A stretch of DNA of 61,354 bases. It comes from an uncultured bacterium (GTDB lineage: Bacteria > Patescibacteriota > Minisyncoccia > Phycocordibacterales > PALSA-1337). How positions within the stretch are numbered: the first letter of the stretch is position 1; each line of letters opens with the position of its first letter. Positions 42,923-52,351 of this stretch are shown here, piece after piece. The notes under the pieces were generated by a model, which was not told the origin of the DNA, ran no database searches, and saw nothing but the letters and a program-made list of their open reading frames with translations. The translations under genes and the position numbers were made by a program. Where the stretch lies: positions 1-61,354 of the forward strand of contig CAIUOX010000033.1 in the NCBI GenBank assembly GCA_903900935.1. The letters are read 5' to 3'.

Positions 42923-44785
42923 ATGCATTCATCAGATATTCGTTCGCGCTTTCTTGCATTCTTTGCAAAGCGTGGACATGTGATCATACAATCAGCATCG
43001 CTTGTAACAGCTGATGAAAAAGGTATAACCAATCCAACATTGTTCAATACTGCTGGCATGCAACCTCTTATCCCATACCTGCTAGGTAAGGCACATCCAC
43101 AAGGTACTCGTCTGGTAGATTCGCAAAAATGTGTGCGCACAGTTGATATTGATGATGTCGGTGACAGGACTCATGCGACATTTTTTGAAATGCTCGGAAA
43201 TTGGTCTTTGGGTGACTATTTCAAGAAAGAGGCTATTCTCTGGAGTTACGAATTCCTAACTTCAGAAGAAGGACTTGGTCTAAATCCAAATCAGCTTTAT
43301 GTAACTGTTTTTGAAGGTGATAAAAACGCATCAAAAGACGAAGAGGTAGCTAATATTTGGAAAAACATATTCACAAAAAACAATATAGAAGTCGGAGGAG
43401 ATACAACAAAAGGTGATAAAGGTAGAATATTTTATCTTCCTGCAAAAAATAATTGGTGGGAAGCTGGTGACAATGGTCCATGTGGACCCGATAGTGAGAT
43501 GTTTTATGATTTTGGTAATGCATTCAAGGGTACACTTCTCACACATACCGATTTTGTAAATGCTGACGATACACGAGTAGTACTTGAAGTATGGAATGAT
43601 GTTTTTATGCAATACGAGAAGAAAGACGGCAAGATTATCCGCACATTACCAAAACCATCGGTAGATACTGGTGCTGGTCTTGAGCGCCTAGCCATGACAC
43701 TTCAAGGAGTTGATAATATATATGATACTGATTTATTGAAATCTGCGATGGACAAGATCAAAGAGCTTTCCAAGAATTGGGAACTTATATCTGCGCGTAT
43801 TGTTGCAGATCATATCAAAGCGTCTGTCTTTTTGATTGCTGATGGAGTAATTCCTTCAAATACTGATAGAGGCTATGTGCTCCGAAAATTGATTCGTCGC
43901 GCAGTAAGACATTCAGATAAGCTTGGTATGCAGGGAGATATAGCTGAAGTTGTAGATCTCATACAACAGCAATATGCCTCTGTATATACAAATGTCGCTG
44001 ATGCCCAAAATAAGTTGCGTATCCAGTCAGTCATTCAAGAAGAAGAATACAAATTTAGAATAACACTTGCTCATGGTCTCAAAGAATTTGCGAAGCTAGC
44101 TACAAAAGATATTTCTGGGCATGATGCTTTTGCTCTTTTTTCTAGCTATGGTTTTCCACTTGAATTGACAGTTGAGCTATCAAAAGAGCGTAGTATAAAA
44201 GTTGATATTACGGCTTTTGAAGTTGAATTTAAAAAGCATCAAGATCTCTCACGTGTTGGCGCTGAACAAAAATTCAAGGGCGGGTTGGCTGATATGCAAG
44301 ATCCGATGGTCATTCGTTACCATACTGCTACACATTTATTGCATCAAGCTCTTCATGATGTATTAGGAGATGGTGTTGGACAGAAAGGTTCAAATATCAC
44401 CGCTGAACGTTTACGTTTTGATTTTTCATGGGGCACCAAGATGACTGATGAACAAAAAAAGAAAGTTGAGGATATAGTAAATGAGAAAATCGCACAAGCC
44501 CTACCTGTAAATCAAGTCATTATGAAAAAGGATGAAGCAGAAAAGACTGGTGCTCGGCATTTCTTTGGAGAAAAATATGGTGAAGATATTTCTATCTATT
44601 TCATTGGTAATGATATCAATTCTGCATATTCAAAAGAATTTTGTGGTGGTCCTCATGTAAAAAATACTTCTGAATTGGCTGGTCCTGAAGGCATGCCTGG
44701 GCATGCAGGGAAGTGGAAATTCAAGATACAAAAAGAAGAGGCAAGTTCACACGGTGTAAGGAGAATAAAGGCAGTATTGGTATAG
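42923..44785 (+). CDS. alaS: alanyl-tRNA synthetase, short form (620 aa) lacking the C-Ala domain
   Basis: N-terminal IRSRFLAFFAKRGH, FEMLGNWS.GDYFK, WNDVFMQY, editing-site HTATHLLHQAL and CGGPHV. The protein ends about 40 aa after the editing domain. Confidence 0.9.
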   Translation: MHSSDIRSRFLAFFAKRGHVIIQSASLVTADEKGITNPTLFNTAGMQPLIPYLLGKAHPQGTRLVDSQKCVRTVDIDDVGDRTHATFFEMLGNWSLGDYFKKEAILWSYEFLTSEEGLGLNPNQLYVTVFEGDKNASKDEEVANIWKNIFTKNNIEVGGDTTKGDKGRIFYLPAKNNWWEAGDNGPCGPDSEMFYDFGNAFKGTLLTHTDFVNADDTRVVLEVWNDVFMQYEKKDGKIIRTLPKPSVDTGAGLERLAMTLQGVDNIYDTDLLKSAMDKIKELSKNWELISARIVADHIKASVFLIADGVIPSNTDRGYVLRKLIRRAVRHSDKLGMQGDIAEVVDLIQQQYASVYTNVADAQNKLRIQSVIQEEEYKFRITLAHGLKEFAKLATKDISGHDAFALFSSYGFPLELTVELSKERSIKVDITAFEVEFKKHQDLSRVGAEQKFKGGLADMQDPMVIRYHTATHLLHQALHDVLGDGVGQKGSNITAERLRFDFSWGTKMTDEQKKKVEDIVNEKIAQALPVNQVIMKKDEAEKTGARHFFGEKYGEDISIYFIGNDINSAYSKEFCGGPHVKNTSELAGPEGMPGHAGKWKFKIQKEEASSHGVRRIKAVLV

Positions 44786-44810
44786 TTGGTGGTAAAGGTT
44801 TATCAGATCT

Positions 44811-44858
44811 ATTCGCCCACGAGAATTTGTCTCGTAGGGCGAATTTTCTTTTATTTTA
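44811..44858 (+). terminator. rho-independent terminator after alaS
   Basis: ATTCGCCCACGAGA-ATTTG-TCTCGT(A)GGGCGAAT followed by TTTTCTTTTATTTT. Confidence 0.85.
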
Positions 44859-44886
44859 ATATACACACACTCAACAAATGTTCCTA

Positions 44887-44895
44887 TGATATAAT
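44887..44895 (+). promoter_or_regulatory. extended -10 (TGATATAAT), 7 nt before the ATG at 44903
   Basis: TGnTATAAT at 44887-44895. It lies downstream of the alaS terminator, so the CDS starts at 44903, not 44786. Confidence 0.5.
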
Positions 44896-44902
44896 AATCC
44901 CA

Positions 44903-46024
44903 ATGTCTTTCTCTTCAAAAAAGTCATCACTCATTCTTATTCTCGACGTGCAAAGTTCAGTCGTTAGGGGATCACTTTGTATATTCAATCCAAAAGATCG
45001 TCCTCATATTATCTTTTCTTATGAGGTACCGATCAATTATCACATAGGAAAGGGAAGCGCTCATTTGATACAAAAGACCACAGAAGTGATTGGTGAGATA
45101 GTTCACAAAGCGCTTCGTTCTATTCAAGGTAAAAAAGTTGATGGTGTCCATTATGTCCTATCATCTCCGTGGATATTGTCTCAAGGTAAAACTGTCACTG
45201 TTGAATTTGCTAAAAATACAAAAACAACCCGTGAGCGAATTATTGAAATTGTAACGAAGCATCGCGATGAGTTTATTACAGAGAATCAATCAGATTTCGA
45301 AATTATTGAGGAAAAGATTTTTGATGTAAGACTCGATGGCGTATCTATAGATAAATGGCAAAAAAGAAAAGCTCGAATTACTGAGGTATCATTTGCAGTA
45401 AGTATCGCCGGATCAGAAACACTCAAACAATTGAGAGATGCATGTGCACATGCAGTAATACCAGAACAAATTACATTCCACTCTTCATTACTTTTGCAAT
45501 ATATAGCTGTTCAGCAGACTATTCCTCAATACAAAGATTATACACTTATTCATGCTCACGGAGAATTGACTGATATCATTTGTGTTGAAAATAGCACATG
45601 CTCATTCTTCGCATCATATCCGTATGGCACAAACACTATTATTCGTTCTATTGAAGCCAAACTAAAGACTTCACAACAACAAGCAGAATCATATATTTCT
45701 CTATATGAACAAGGAAGTTTGGATTCAAGCCATGCCCACTCTATACATATCGCAATACAAAAAGTTCAGCATATATGGTCAGCAGAGTTGCTAAAAATAA
45801 TAGGACATTCTGCTATCACGCAAAAACAGAATGAACATATTTTACTATCAGCACATGCACATGAAGCATTTTTCATTCATGCTCTTAGGTCAATACCTTC
45901 ATACAAAACAGTACAACGTCTTGAATTAGACGACATCCGTCCACGCGTGACATTGGATCCAAACATACGAGTATCTCGCATGACTGGATTGTATGTGCTA
46001 GCTATTCACAGCACGCTCCAATAA
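44903..46024 (+). CDS. actin-fold (PilM/FtsA-like) protein, degenerate nucleotide-binding motifs
   Basis: LILILDVQSSVVRGSL resembles the phosphate-1 motif LDIGSSS.K. LIHAHGELTDIICV resembles the degenerate phosphate-2 motif DxGxxxTD. Confidence 0.4.
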   Translation: MSFSSKKSSLILILDVQSSVVRGSLCIFNPKDRPHIIFSYEVPINYHIGKGSAHLIQKTTEVIGEIVHKALRSIQGKKVDGVHYVLSSPWILSQGKTVTVEFAKNTKTTRERIIEIVTKHRDEFITENQSDFEIIEEKIFDVRLDGVSIDKWQKRKARITEVSFAVSIAGSETLKQLRDACAHAVIPEQITFHSSLLLQYIAVQQTIPQYKDYTLIHAHGELTDIICVENSTCSFFASYPYGTNTIIRSIEAKLKTSQQQAESYISLYEQGSLDSSHAHSIHIAIQKVQHIWSAELLKIIGHSAITQKQNEHILLSAHAHEAFFIHALRSIPSYKTVQRLELDDIRPRVTLDPNIRVSRMTGLYVLAIHSTLQ

Positions 46025-46042
46025 CAACAAAGGCTATGCGTA

Positions 46043-46051
46043 TGTTATAAT
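46043..46051 (+). promoter_or_regulatory. extended -10 (TGTTATAAT), 6 nt before the ATG at 46058
   Basis: TGnTATAAT at 46043-46051. Confidence 0.5.
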
Positions 46052-46057
46052 TTACGT

Positions 46058-47428
46058 ATGCCACGCCGAATACAAGATATTGTACCCTCAGATCGTCGTT
46101 CAATACGCAATATTCCTATAGAAAAAAGCACAAAACAAATGCTTGATTTGAAGAGGACTGCAAAAGAAAAAGCATACGAGGTTCCTATGCATCGCATTCA
46201 GGAAGATGAGGTTGTCCCAATTACAGAAGAAAAAGTACTACCTCAACGCAAAGAAAAAAGAAATCTTACCAATAAGCATCAAAGTAAATGGGTGGTTCTT
46301 GCTCTTGGAATATTCGTAATAATTGCTGGAATCTTTTTTATACTTTCTGATTATTATTCTTATGCGACATTTACTATTATTCCAAAGATTATTCCTATAG
46401 CGATTGATAAAACATATATTACAGAAGCAAATACAGGAAATTCTATCGTATATGAGTTGGCAAGCTTTAAAGGATTTGCGACCACGACTATACCAGCAAG
46501 TTCTGGTCCCTCGGTATCTACCAAAGCGCAGGGTAAAATAACTTTGTACAATTCATTCAGTGCCCAACCTCAGAGACTAGTCGCCGGAACACGTCTAACA
46601 GATTCATCCAATCGTGTCTATCGTCTCAACAGTACGGTCAATATTCCTGGTTATATATCAAAATCAAATAGCATCATTCCTGGAAGCATATCTGTGGCAA
46701 TAACGGCTGATGTTGCAGGCGAAGCGTACAATATACTTAGCTCAGATCCATTGAGCGACTTCAAGATTCTTGTATATAAAAACACCTCAAAATATGAATC
46801 AATATATGGACGTGTTGCAACTTCAATAGTAGGAGGATTTATTGGAACAAAAAAAATCGTAAATCCAGCACTTATCGCATCAACTACATTGATACTTCAA
46901 AAACAAATTACTACTGATCTTTTGAAGCGTGCAGGAAGTACTGTACCTCAGGGATATATCATGTATCCAGAAGCATATGTAACATCATTCATGTCTCCTG
47001 ATATAGGAGGAAATGATTCAAAGACAGCAACAGTTTCTATCCAAGGAAATCTATATGCAATCTTATTCAAAAAGATAGACCTCGCATCACATATAGCAGG
47101 AACATCTACAGCATTGTCTTTCGGATCATCAGCTTATTCAGTTCCAGGATTGGAGTCTCTTGATTTTAGTATTGTTAATAAAAAAGAATTTTCAGTAGAT
47201 AAGAAAAATATTCTTATGATTCACTTGCGTGGTGATATAAAATTTGTTGGTGTCATTCCAGTTGAAGAACTCAAGAAGAAACTTGCTGGTACGGACTTAT
47301 CAGAGATCAACTCTATCTTGAAAACGTATAGTCAAGTTGTAGGATCTGGATCATCGGGACAATTGACACCTCCATGGGCAAAAGTACCAAATGATCCAAA
47401 GAGAATAAGTATTGTAGTACAACAATAA
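46058..47428 (+). CDS. hypothetical membrane-anchored, beta-rich extracytoplasmic protein (456 aa)
   Basis: One TM (WVVLALGIFVIIAGIFFIL). KAQGKITLYNSFSAQPQRLVAGTRL...VYRLNSTVNIPG is reminiscent of baseplate-J-like proteins annotated in CPR genomes, a weak resemblance from memory. Confidence 0.45.
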   Translation: MPRRIQDIVPSDRRSIRNIPIEKSTKQMLDLKRTAKEKAYEVPMHRIQEDEVVPITEEKVLPQRKEKRNLTNKHQSKWVVLALGIFVIIAGIFFILSDYYSYATFTIIPKIIPIAIDKTYITEANTGNSIVYELASFKGFATTTIPASSGPSVSTKAQGKITLYNSFSAQPQRLVAGTRLTDSSNRVYRLNSTVNIPGYISKSNSIIPGSISVAITADVAGEAYNILSSDPLSDFKILVYKNTSKYESIYGRVATSIVGGFIGTKKIVNPALIASTTLILQKQITTDLLKRAGSTVPQGYIMYPEAYVTSFMSPDIGGNDSKTATVSIQGNLYAILFKKIDLASHIAGTSTALSFGSSAYSVPGLESLDFSIVNKKEFSVDKKNILMIHLRGDIKFVGVIPVEELKKKLAGTDLSEINSILKTYSQVVGSGSSGQLTPPWAKVPNDPKRISIVVQQ

Positions 47429-47489
47429 TCGTTAGCTACACATCTTGGGTGCATTTCAGGAAATTATGTTGCGCGTGGAGTTGTCCCAC

Positions 47490-47519
47490 TTGACGCATAT
47501 ACCCCTTATCTGCTAATAT
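47490..47519 (+). promoter_or_regulatory. candidate sigma-70 promoter for the infA-rpmJ-rpsM-rpsK-rpsD-rpoA-rplQ cluster
   Basis: -35 TTGACG (47490-47495), 18-nt spacer, -10 TAATAT (47514-47519). Confidence 0.45.
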
Positions 47520-47540
47520 CTTCAGACGTCCTTTTACGCA

Positions 47541-47768
47541 ATGGATACCGCCCCTACATCGAAAAACTCAGCATCCGGAATTGTCGTTGAGGCATTGCCG
47601 AATACGCTTTTTAGAGTGAAGCTCGATGGGATAGATCCGGAACAGATTGTGCTCGCCTACCTCGCTGGCAAAATGCGAATGAATCGCATTCGTGTGCTGA
47701 TTGGAGATAAAGTTGAGCTAGAACTTGATCCGTATGGAGGTAGAGCTCGCGTTACTAGACGTTTATAA
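47541..47768 (+). CDS. infA: translation initiation factor IF-1
   Basis: S1-like fold sequence G.VVEALPN.LFRV.L....VLAYL.GKMR...IR.L.GD.V..E..PY. Confidence 0.9.
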   Translation: MDTAPTSKNSASGIVVEALPNTLFRVKLDGIDPEQIVLAYLAGKMRMNRIRVLIGDKVELELDPYGGRARVTRRL

Positions 47769-47775
47769 CTTATAT

Positions 47776-47892
47776 ATGCGAGTAAAAGCTGCCGTAAAAA
47801 AAATTTGTCCAAAATGTTCCGTCGTTCGTCGAGGGAAGTATGTCTATGTTGTCTGCAAAGGCAATCCTCGTCACAAGCAGAGACAAGGCTAA
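47776..47892 (+). CDS. rpmJ: 50S ribosomal protein L36
   Basis: [38 protein letters not shown] (38 aa). Not in the ORF track because it is under 60 aa. Confidence 0.9.
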   Translation: MRVKAAVKKICPKCSVVRRGKYVYVVCKGNPRHKQRQG

Positions 47893-47915
47893 TAATTTTT
47901 AAATAAACAAATCAA

Positions 47916-48296
47916 ATGCGTATCCTAGGTATTACAGTCCCAGAAAACAAAAGGCTCGAAATAGCCCTTACTTCTATTTATGGCATTGGTCGTTCTCGTG
48001 CGCGCCTCATTTTGAAAACAGCAAAAGTTGGTCTTGAAATCAAATCAAATACTCTATCGGTTGAACAAGAAAATGATATTCGTAAGCTCGTCGAATCATA
48101 CAAGATCGAAGGAGATCTTCGTCGTGAGATTGGTAGCAATGTTAAGCGTTTGAAAGATATCAAATCATACCGCGGTAGTCGTCATGCTAGACACCTTCCA
48201 GTAAAAGGCCAGCGAACAAAGACCAATTCTCGTACTGTACGTGGCAATGTTCGTAAGACAATGGGATCTGGTAAGAGAAAAGAAGAAAAGAAGTAG
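47916..48296 (+). CDS. rpsM: 30S ribosomal protein S13
   Basis: MRILGITVP..K....ALT.IYGIGR..A and YRG.RH...LPV.GQRT.TN. Confidence 0.95.
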   Translation: MRILGITVPENKRLEIALTSIYGIGRSRARLILKTAKVGLEIKSNTLSVEQENDIRKLVESYKIEGDLRREIGSNVKRLKDIKSYRGSRHARHLPVKGQRTKTNSRTVRGNVRKTMGSGKRKEEKK

Positions 48297-48357
48297 CCTA
48301 CAAATCAATCGACAATGATAATGCTACGAATAATCAAAACATATTAAACAAAATACC

Positions 48358-48786
48358 ATGGGTAAAAAAAGAATTGTAACAACTGAAGGTGCAGAGAAAT
48401 CAGACAAGCCAAAGGCAGACGCTGTTTCTTCAAAGAAGCGTGTTGACAAGGGTATTCTTCACGTTCAGTCTACGTATAACAATACCAAAGTCATGTTAAC
48501 TGATATGAGTGGCAATGCTCTCATGTGGGGTTCTGCTGGTGGTGCTGGTTTCCGTGGTGCAAAGAAGGGAACTCCATTTGCAGCTGCAAAAGTTGGTGAA
48601 GTCTTGGCTTTAAAAGCCCAAAATATCGGTCTAAAAGAGATCGATGTTATTGTTAAGGGTGTTGGATCTGGCCGAGAATCAGCAATCCGCGGTTTTATTA
48701 GTAAAGGAGTTACAATCTCTTCTATCAAGGATGAGACTCCAGTTCCATTCAATGGACCAAAGCCAAAGAAGCCACGTCGCGTATAA
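48358..48786 (+). CDS. rpsK: 30S ribosomal protein S11
   Basis: GILHVQSTYNNT.V..TD..GN....SAG..GF.G.KK.TPFAA and IKD.TP.P.NG. Confidence 0.95.
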   Translation: MGKKRIVTTEGAEKSDKPKADAVSSKKRVDKGILHVQSTYNNTKVMLTDMSGNALMWGSAGGAGFRGAKKGTPFAAAKVGEVLALKAQNIGLKEIDVIVKGVGSGRESAIRGFISKGVTISSIKDETPVPFNGPKPKKPRRV

Positions 48787-48811
48787 TCATTTATTTAACT
48801 TATACAATACC

Positions 48812-49417
48812 ATGTTAATTGGACCACGATACAAAAAAGCTAGATACCTTGGAATCCCTGTGTTCTCAAAGACACAGACCCAAAAGTATGCATTGCGCTC
48901 TCAGGCAAAGCAGAAGACCAAGGGTCGTCGTGGAAATAAGTCTGAATACGGACTTCAACTTCTCGAAAAACAAAAAGCTCGCTATAGCTATGGCGTTTCA
49001 GGAACTCAGTTTACCAAATACGTCAAAGCTGCTCTCCAGGCTTCAGGTGACAATGCAAAGAACCTACTCAATATTCTCGAGGGCCGTCTTGACAATGTAG
49101 TTCTTCGTGCAGGATTTACAACTAGTCGTTCAGCCGCTCGTCAGATGGTTTCCCATGGGCATATTTTAGTCAACGGAAAGATCGTAACTATTCCTTCATA
49201 TCAAGTATCGGTCGGTGATGTGATGAGTATTCGCGAAGGTAGCAAGAATAAGGCTCTTTTTGCAAAGTTTGATGAAATGATCAAAGATGTAAAGTTTCCT
49301 TCTTGGATCAAAGTCAATGCAGAAAAGAGGGAAATAACCATCGACGGTGAACCAAGCGCTGAAACAAGTGAGCTTTTATTCAATGTCCGTGCAGTGCTCG
49401 AGTTCTACACACGCTAG
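48812..49417 (+). CDS. rpsD: 30S ribosomal protein S4
   Basis: LEGRLDNVVLRAGF..SR..ARQ.V.HGHI.VNG. The start is set at ATG 48812; the upstream part of ORF 48644 overlaps rpsK. Confidence 0.9.
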   Translation: MLIGPRYKKARYLGIPVFSKTQTQKYALRSQAKQKTKGRRGNKSEYGLQLLEKQKARYSYGVSGTQFTKYVKAALQASGDNAKNLLNILEGRLDNVVLRAGFTTSRSAARQMVSHGHILVNGKIVTIPSYQVSVGDVMSIREGSKNKALFAKFDEMIKDVKFPSWIKVNAEKREITIDGEPSAETSELLFNVRAVLEFYTR

Positions 49418-49473
49418 ACATTATTCATTTTTAGTGTATAATTAACTGTCTATTTTCATAACATACTAATACT

Positions 49474-50442
49474 ATGACCAACGACATCATTCTCCCATCA
49501 AAACCAAAATTAATCCGCGAGGATGCTACAAGTGGCGTATACGAAATCGATGGCCTCTATCCTGGCTACGGTCATACATTGGGCAACTCTCTTCGCCGTA
49601 TCATTTTGTCATCTCTTCCTGGTTCAGCTGTTACCAAAGTCAAAATTGTTGGTGCAGAACATGAATTTTCAGCTATTGAGCATGTCAAAGAAGACGTTAT
49701 TACTATTTTACTCGCATTGAAGAAGCTTCGTATTAGACTCAATACAGATGAGCCACAGACCCTAACTCTCAAGATAAAAGGCATCAAAGATGTTACTGCA
49801 AAGGATATTGAAGCTCCTGGTCAAGCAGAGATTTTGAATCCAGAGTTACATATAGCTTCTCTTACAGACAAATCAGCAGAGCTCAATATAGAGATCACTG
49901 TTGAAAAGGGTCTTGGATATGTTCCAAAAGAGATTATTCAAAAAGACCGTGTTGAGATTGGTGCTATCAGTTTAGACGCTGCATTCACTCCTATCCGCAA
50001 GGCAAACTACGAAGTTGAGAATATGCGCGTTGGAGATCGTACTGATTTCAACCGCCTCCGCATCTCTATCGAAACGGATGGTACTATTACTGCTCATGAG
50101 GCTTTGGAGAAGTCTATAGCTCTTATGATTACACAGTTGAAAGCTATCATTGGATTCAAGGAAGAAGAGCCTGTTGTAGAAGAAAAAGCTACTGAAGAAT
50201 CAGCAACCAAGGGTGAGACTTCGCTCAAGGATATTGATACTGAGCTTTTGAAGACACGTATAGATTCTCTCGGATTCTCTTCACGCACATCAAAGGCACT
50301 TGTCAATGCAAATGTTCGCACACTTGGAGGACTTGCTCGCAAGAAAGAGTCTGACATTATGGATATTGATGGACTTGGTGCAAAGGGTGTACAAGAGATC
50401 AAGAAGCTATTAGCAGAACATGGCATAACACTAAAACAATAA
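49474..50442 (+). CDS. rpoA: DNA-directed RNA polymerase alpha subunit
   Basis: GYGHTLGNSLRRILLSS.PG.A, and a C-terminal domain with an HhH-like LGFSSRTSKALVNANVRTLGGL. Confidence 0.95.
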   Translation: MTNDIILPSKPKLIREDATSGVYEIDGLYPGYGHTLGNSLRRIILSSLPGSAVTKVKIVGAEHEFSAIEHVKEDVITILLALKKLRIRLNTDEPQTLTLKIKGIKDVTAKDIEAPGQAEILNPELHIASLTDKSAELNIEITVEKGLGYVPKEIIQKDRVEIGAISLDAAFTPIRKANYEVENMRVGDRTDFNRLRISIETDGTITAHEALEKSIALMITQLKAIIGFKEEEPVVEEKATEESATKGETSLKDIDTELLKTRIDSLGFSSRTSKALVNANVRTLGGLARKKESDIMDIDGLGAKGVQEIKKLLAEHGITLKQ

Positions 50443-50496
50443 AGCAATTGCTTTATTCGTTGTATTCGTGTAATTTGTAGATTCGCATCATACTTT

Positions 50497-50847
50497 ATGA
50501 GACACCATTCAAATGTAAGAAAATTCGGAAGAGAGAAAAACCAGCGCGTTGCGCTCATGAGCTCTTTGGCGCGCAACCTTATTCGCGATATGCGCATCAA
50601 GACAACTACAGCAAAGGCAAAGGAGCTAAGACCATACGTTGAGAAGCTCGTAACCAAGGCAAAATCAGGCACGATTGCAGATCGTCGTATTGTAAATGCA
50701 AAAATTCATTCTCAAGAAGAGACGAAGAAACTTTTTGACACAATTGCCTCAAAGTACAAGGATCGAAAAGGTGGATATATACGTATTGTACGTTTACCAA
50801 ACCGAGATCTTGATGCAAGTCCCATGTCTTTGATCGAATTTGTATAA
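50497..50847 (+). CDS. rplQ: 50S ribosomal protein L17
   Basis: MRHHSNVRKFGREKNQRVALMSSLA..LI....I.TT..KAKELRP.VEKL. Confidence 0.95.
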   Translation: MRHHSNVRKFGREKNQRVALMSSLARNLIRDMRIKTTTAKAKELRPYVEKLVTKAKSGTIADRRIVNAKIHSQEETKKLFDTIASKYKDRKGGYIRIVRLPNRDLDASPMSLIEFV

Positions 50848-50887
50848 AATATACGAATCTACAAATTCAACAAATAAAATAATCGAT

Positions 50888-51232
50888 ATGAAATATACAA
50901 TAGATGCACAAGGCAAAAAGATAGGACGAATCGCTAGTGAAGCGGCGGCTTTGCTTATGGGTAAGAGCACAGTCTCTTTTACAAAGAATACTGTTGCAAA
51001 AGTGAATGTTGAGATCAAAAATGCTTCAAAGACTGATGTTTCTGCGGTCAAAAAGACCCGTGATACATATGTAACATATACAGGTTTTCGTGGTGGTTTG
51101 AAAAAAGAAAGTTTGGGTCATCTAATAGAGCGCAGTGGTATGAAAGAAGTCTTGGAGCGTGCTATATATCGCATGCTTCCTGATAATAAGCTTCGTGATC
51201 TTCGTTTCAAAAATTTAATTATCACCGAATAA
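50888..51232 (+). CDS. rplM: 50S ribosomal protein L13 (short form)
   Basis: IDAQGKKIGRIASEAAALLMGK and AIYRMLP.NKL. Start taken at ATG 50888. Confidence 0.85.
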   Translation: MKYTIDAQGKKIGRIASEAAALLMGKSTVSFTKNTVAKVNVEIKNASKTDVSAVKKTRDTYVTYTGFRGGLKKESLGHLIERSGMKEVLERAIYRMLPDNKLRDLRFKNLIITE

Positions 51233-51233
51233 T

Positions 51234-51644
51234 ATGACATCTACTAAGACAGAAAAAAAGTATTTTGAAGCAGTTGGTCGTCGCAAGACAGCTACAGCTC
51301 GTGTACGACTTTTTATTAGTCCAAAGACGAGTTATGAGATCAATGGCAAGACCCTTGAAGCATATTTTCCAGTCAAGGAGATGCAACTTACTGTTGGTGA
51401 AGCATTTGTTCTTACAAAGCCAGCAGAGAAGTTCCATGTCACTGTAAAAGTCTATGGTGGTGGCATTTCGGCCCAATCAGAAGCCCTTCAACTCGGTATT
51501 GCTCGTGCACTTCTCATCTATGATATTGAATCACGTGGTAAACTCAAAAAAGCAGGTCTCCTCAAGCGTGATGCTCGTGCCAAGGAACGACGTAAATTTG
51601 GATTCAAGAAGGCTCGCAAGTCTCCTCAATGGTCTAAGCGTTAA
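51234..51644 (+). CDS. rpsI: 30S ribosomal protein S9
   Basis: GRRKTATARV..., GGG.S.Q.EA...GIARAL, and the C-terminal RKSPQWSKR. Confidence 0.95.
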   Translation: MTSTKTEKKYFEAVGRRKTATARVRLFISPKTSYEINGKTLEAYFPVKEMQLTVGEAFVLTKPAEKFHVTVKVYGGGISAQSEALQLGIARALLIYDIESRGKLKKAGLLKRDARAKERRKFGFKKARKSPQWSKR

Positions 51645-51652
51645 AAAAATCA

Positions 51653-51680
51653 AAAAATGGACTCTATTGAGTCCTTTTTT
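51653..51680 (+). terminator. rho-independent terminator after rpsI
   Basis: AAAAAATGGACTC-TATT-GAGTCCTTTTTT. Confidence 0.8.
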
Positions 51681-51748
51681 GTGGTTTAGGCCTAATATAA
51701 AATAAATTATTGCATCAAATTTATTTTTCCGTTAGACTGTCTATACGT

Positions 51749-52348
51749 ATGAAAAAAATAACTGATGACAACAATATAATTCTTGAAGATATACCCGAAA
51801 ACAAGAAAGCTTCTGGCGATTCAGATACGCTTGATGATTCAGTTATTGTTGAAGAAAATATGGGTGATGTTATCAAGAAGCTCAAAGAAAAGTTGAAAAA
51901 ATCTGAAACCGAAAAACATGAATATCTCACTGGTTGGCAACGCGCCAAAGCTGACATGGTCAATGCTCGTAAACGTGACGAAGAAGAGCGTAAAGAATTT
52001 ATGAAGTTTTCCAATGCAAATCTCATTGAAGAGCTCATTCCTGTACTCAATAGTTTTGATATGGCTATGGGTAACAAAGAAGCTTGGGAAAAAGCTGATA
52101 AAAATTGGCGTATTGGTGTTGAATATATTTATTCTCAGCTTATGAAAGTTTTGAGTGAAAATGGTGTACAGGAACTCAATCCAATTGGTCAGCTATACGA
52201 TCACAATCATCATGAGGCTATATCTCATGAACTAGTTACTGAACAAAAGCAACATGATATGGTTGTTCAGGTTGTGCAAAAAGGTTATTCCTTGAATGGT
52301 AAAGTGCTGAAGGTTCCAAAGGTAAAGGTGGGGGAGTTTAAAAAATAA
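51749..52348 (+). CDS. grpE: nucleotide exchange factor GrpE
   Basis: YLTGWQRAKADMVNARKR...LIPVLNSFDMA...G..LN.KVL.V.KV pattern. Start taken at ATG 51749. Confidence 0.85.
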   Translation: MKKITDDNNIILEDIPENKKASGDSDTLDDSVIVEENMGDVIKKLKEKLKKSETEKHEYLTGWQRAKADMVNARKRDEEERKEFMKFSNANLIEELIPVLNSFDMAMGNKEAWEKADKNWRIGVEYIYSQLMKVLSENGVQELNPIGQLYDHNHHEAISHELVTEQKQHDMVVQVVQKGYSLNGKVLKVPKVKVGEFKK

Positions 52349-52351
52349 ACT

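Noticed and set aside
48644-48811. N-terminal extensions of ORF-track entries: 48644 for rpsD, 59670 for scpA, 22812 for uvrC, 44786 for the actin-like gene, 63 for the desulfurase, 50840 for rplM, 51710 for grpE, 57809 for dnaJ, 18348 for the hydrolase and 35494 for the hypothetical gene.
   Set aside because: The extensions overlap the preceding gene or a terminator and lack conservation. In several cases they contain the gene's own -10 box. Internal ATGs matching family N-termini were used instead.
50472-50867. A 14-bp exact inverted repeat flanks rplQ: AATTTGTAGATTCG at 50472-50485 and CGAATCTACAAATT at 50854-50867. A local hairpin GAATTTGTA...TACAAATTC at 50836-50868 spans the rplQ stop ahead of rplM.
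   Set aside because: It could be a long-range processing stem. However, a single AT-rich 14-mer match within about 400 nt is not clearly beyond chance in a window of this size by my rough estimate, and there is no supporting covariation. The local hairpin lacks a U-tract. Left as unproven.
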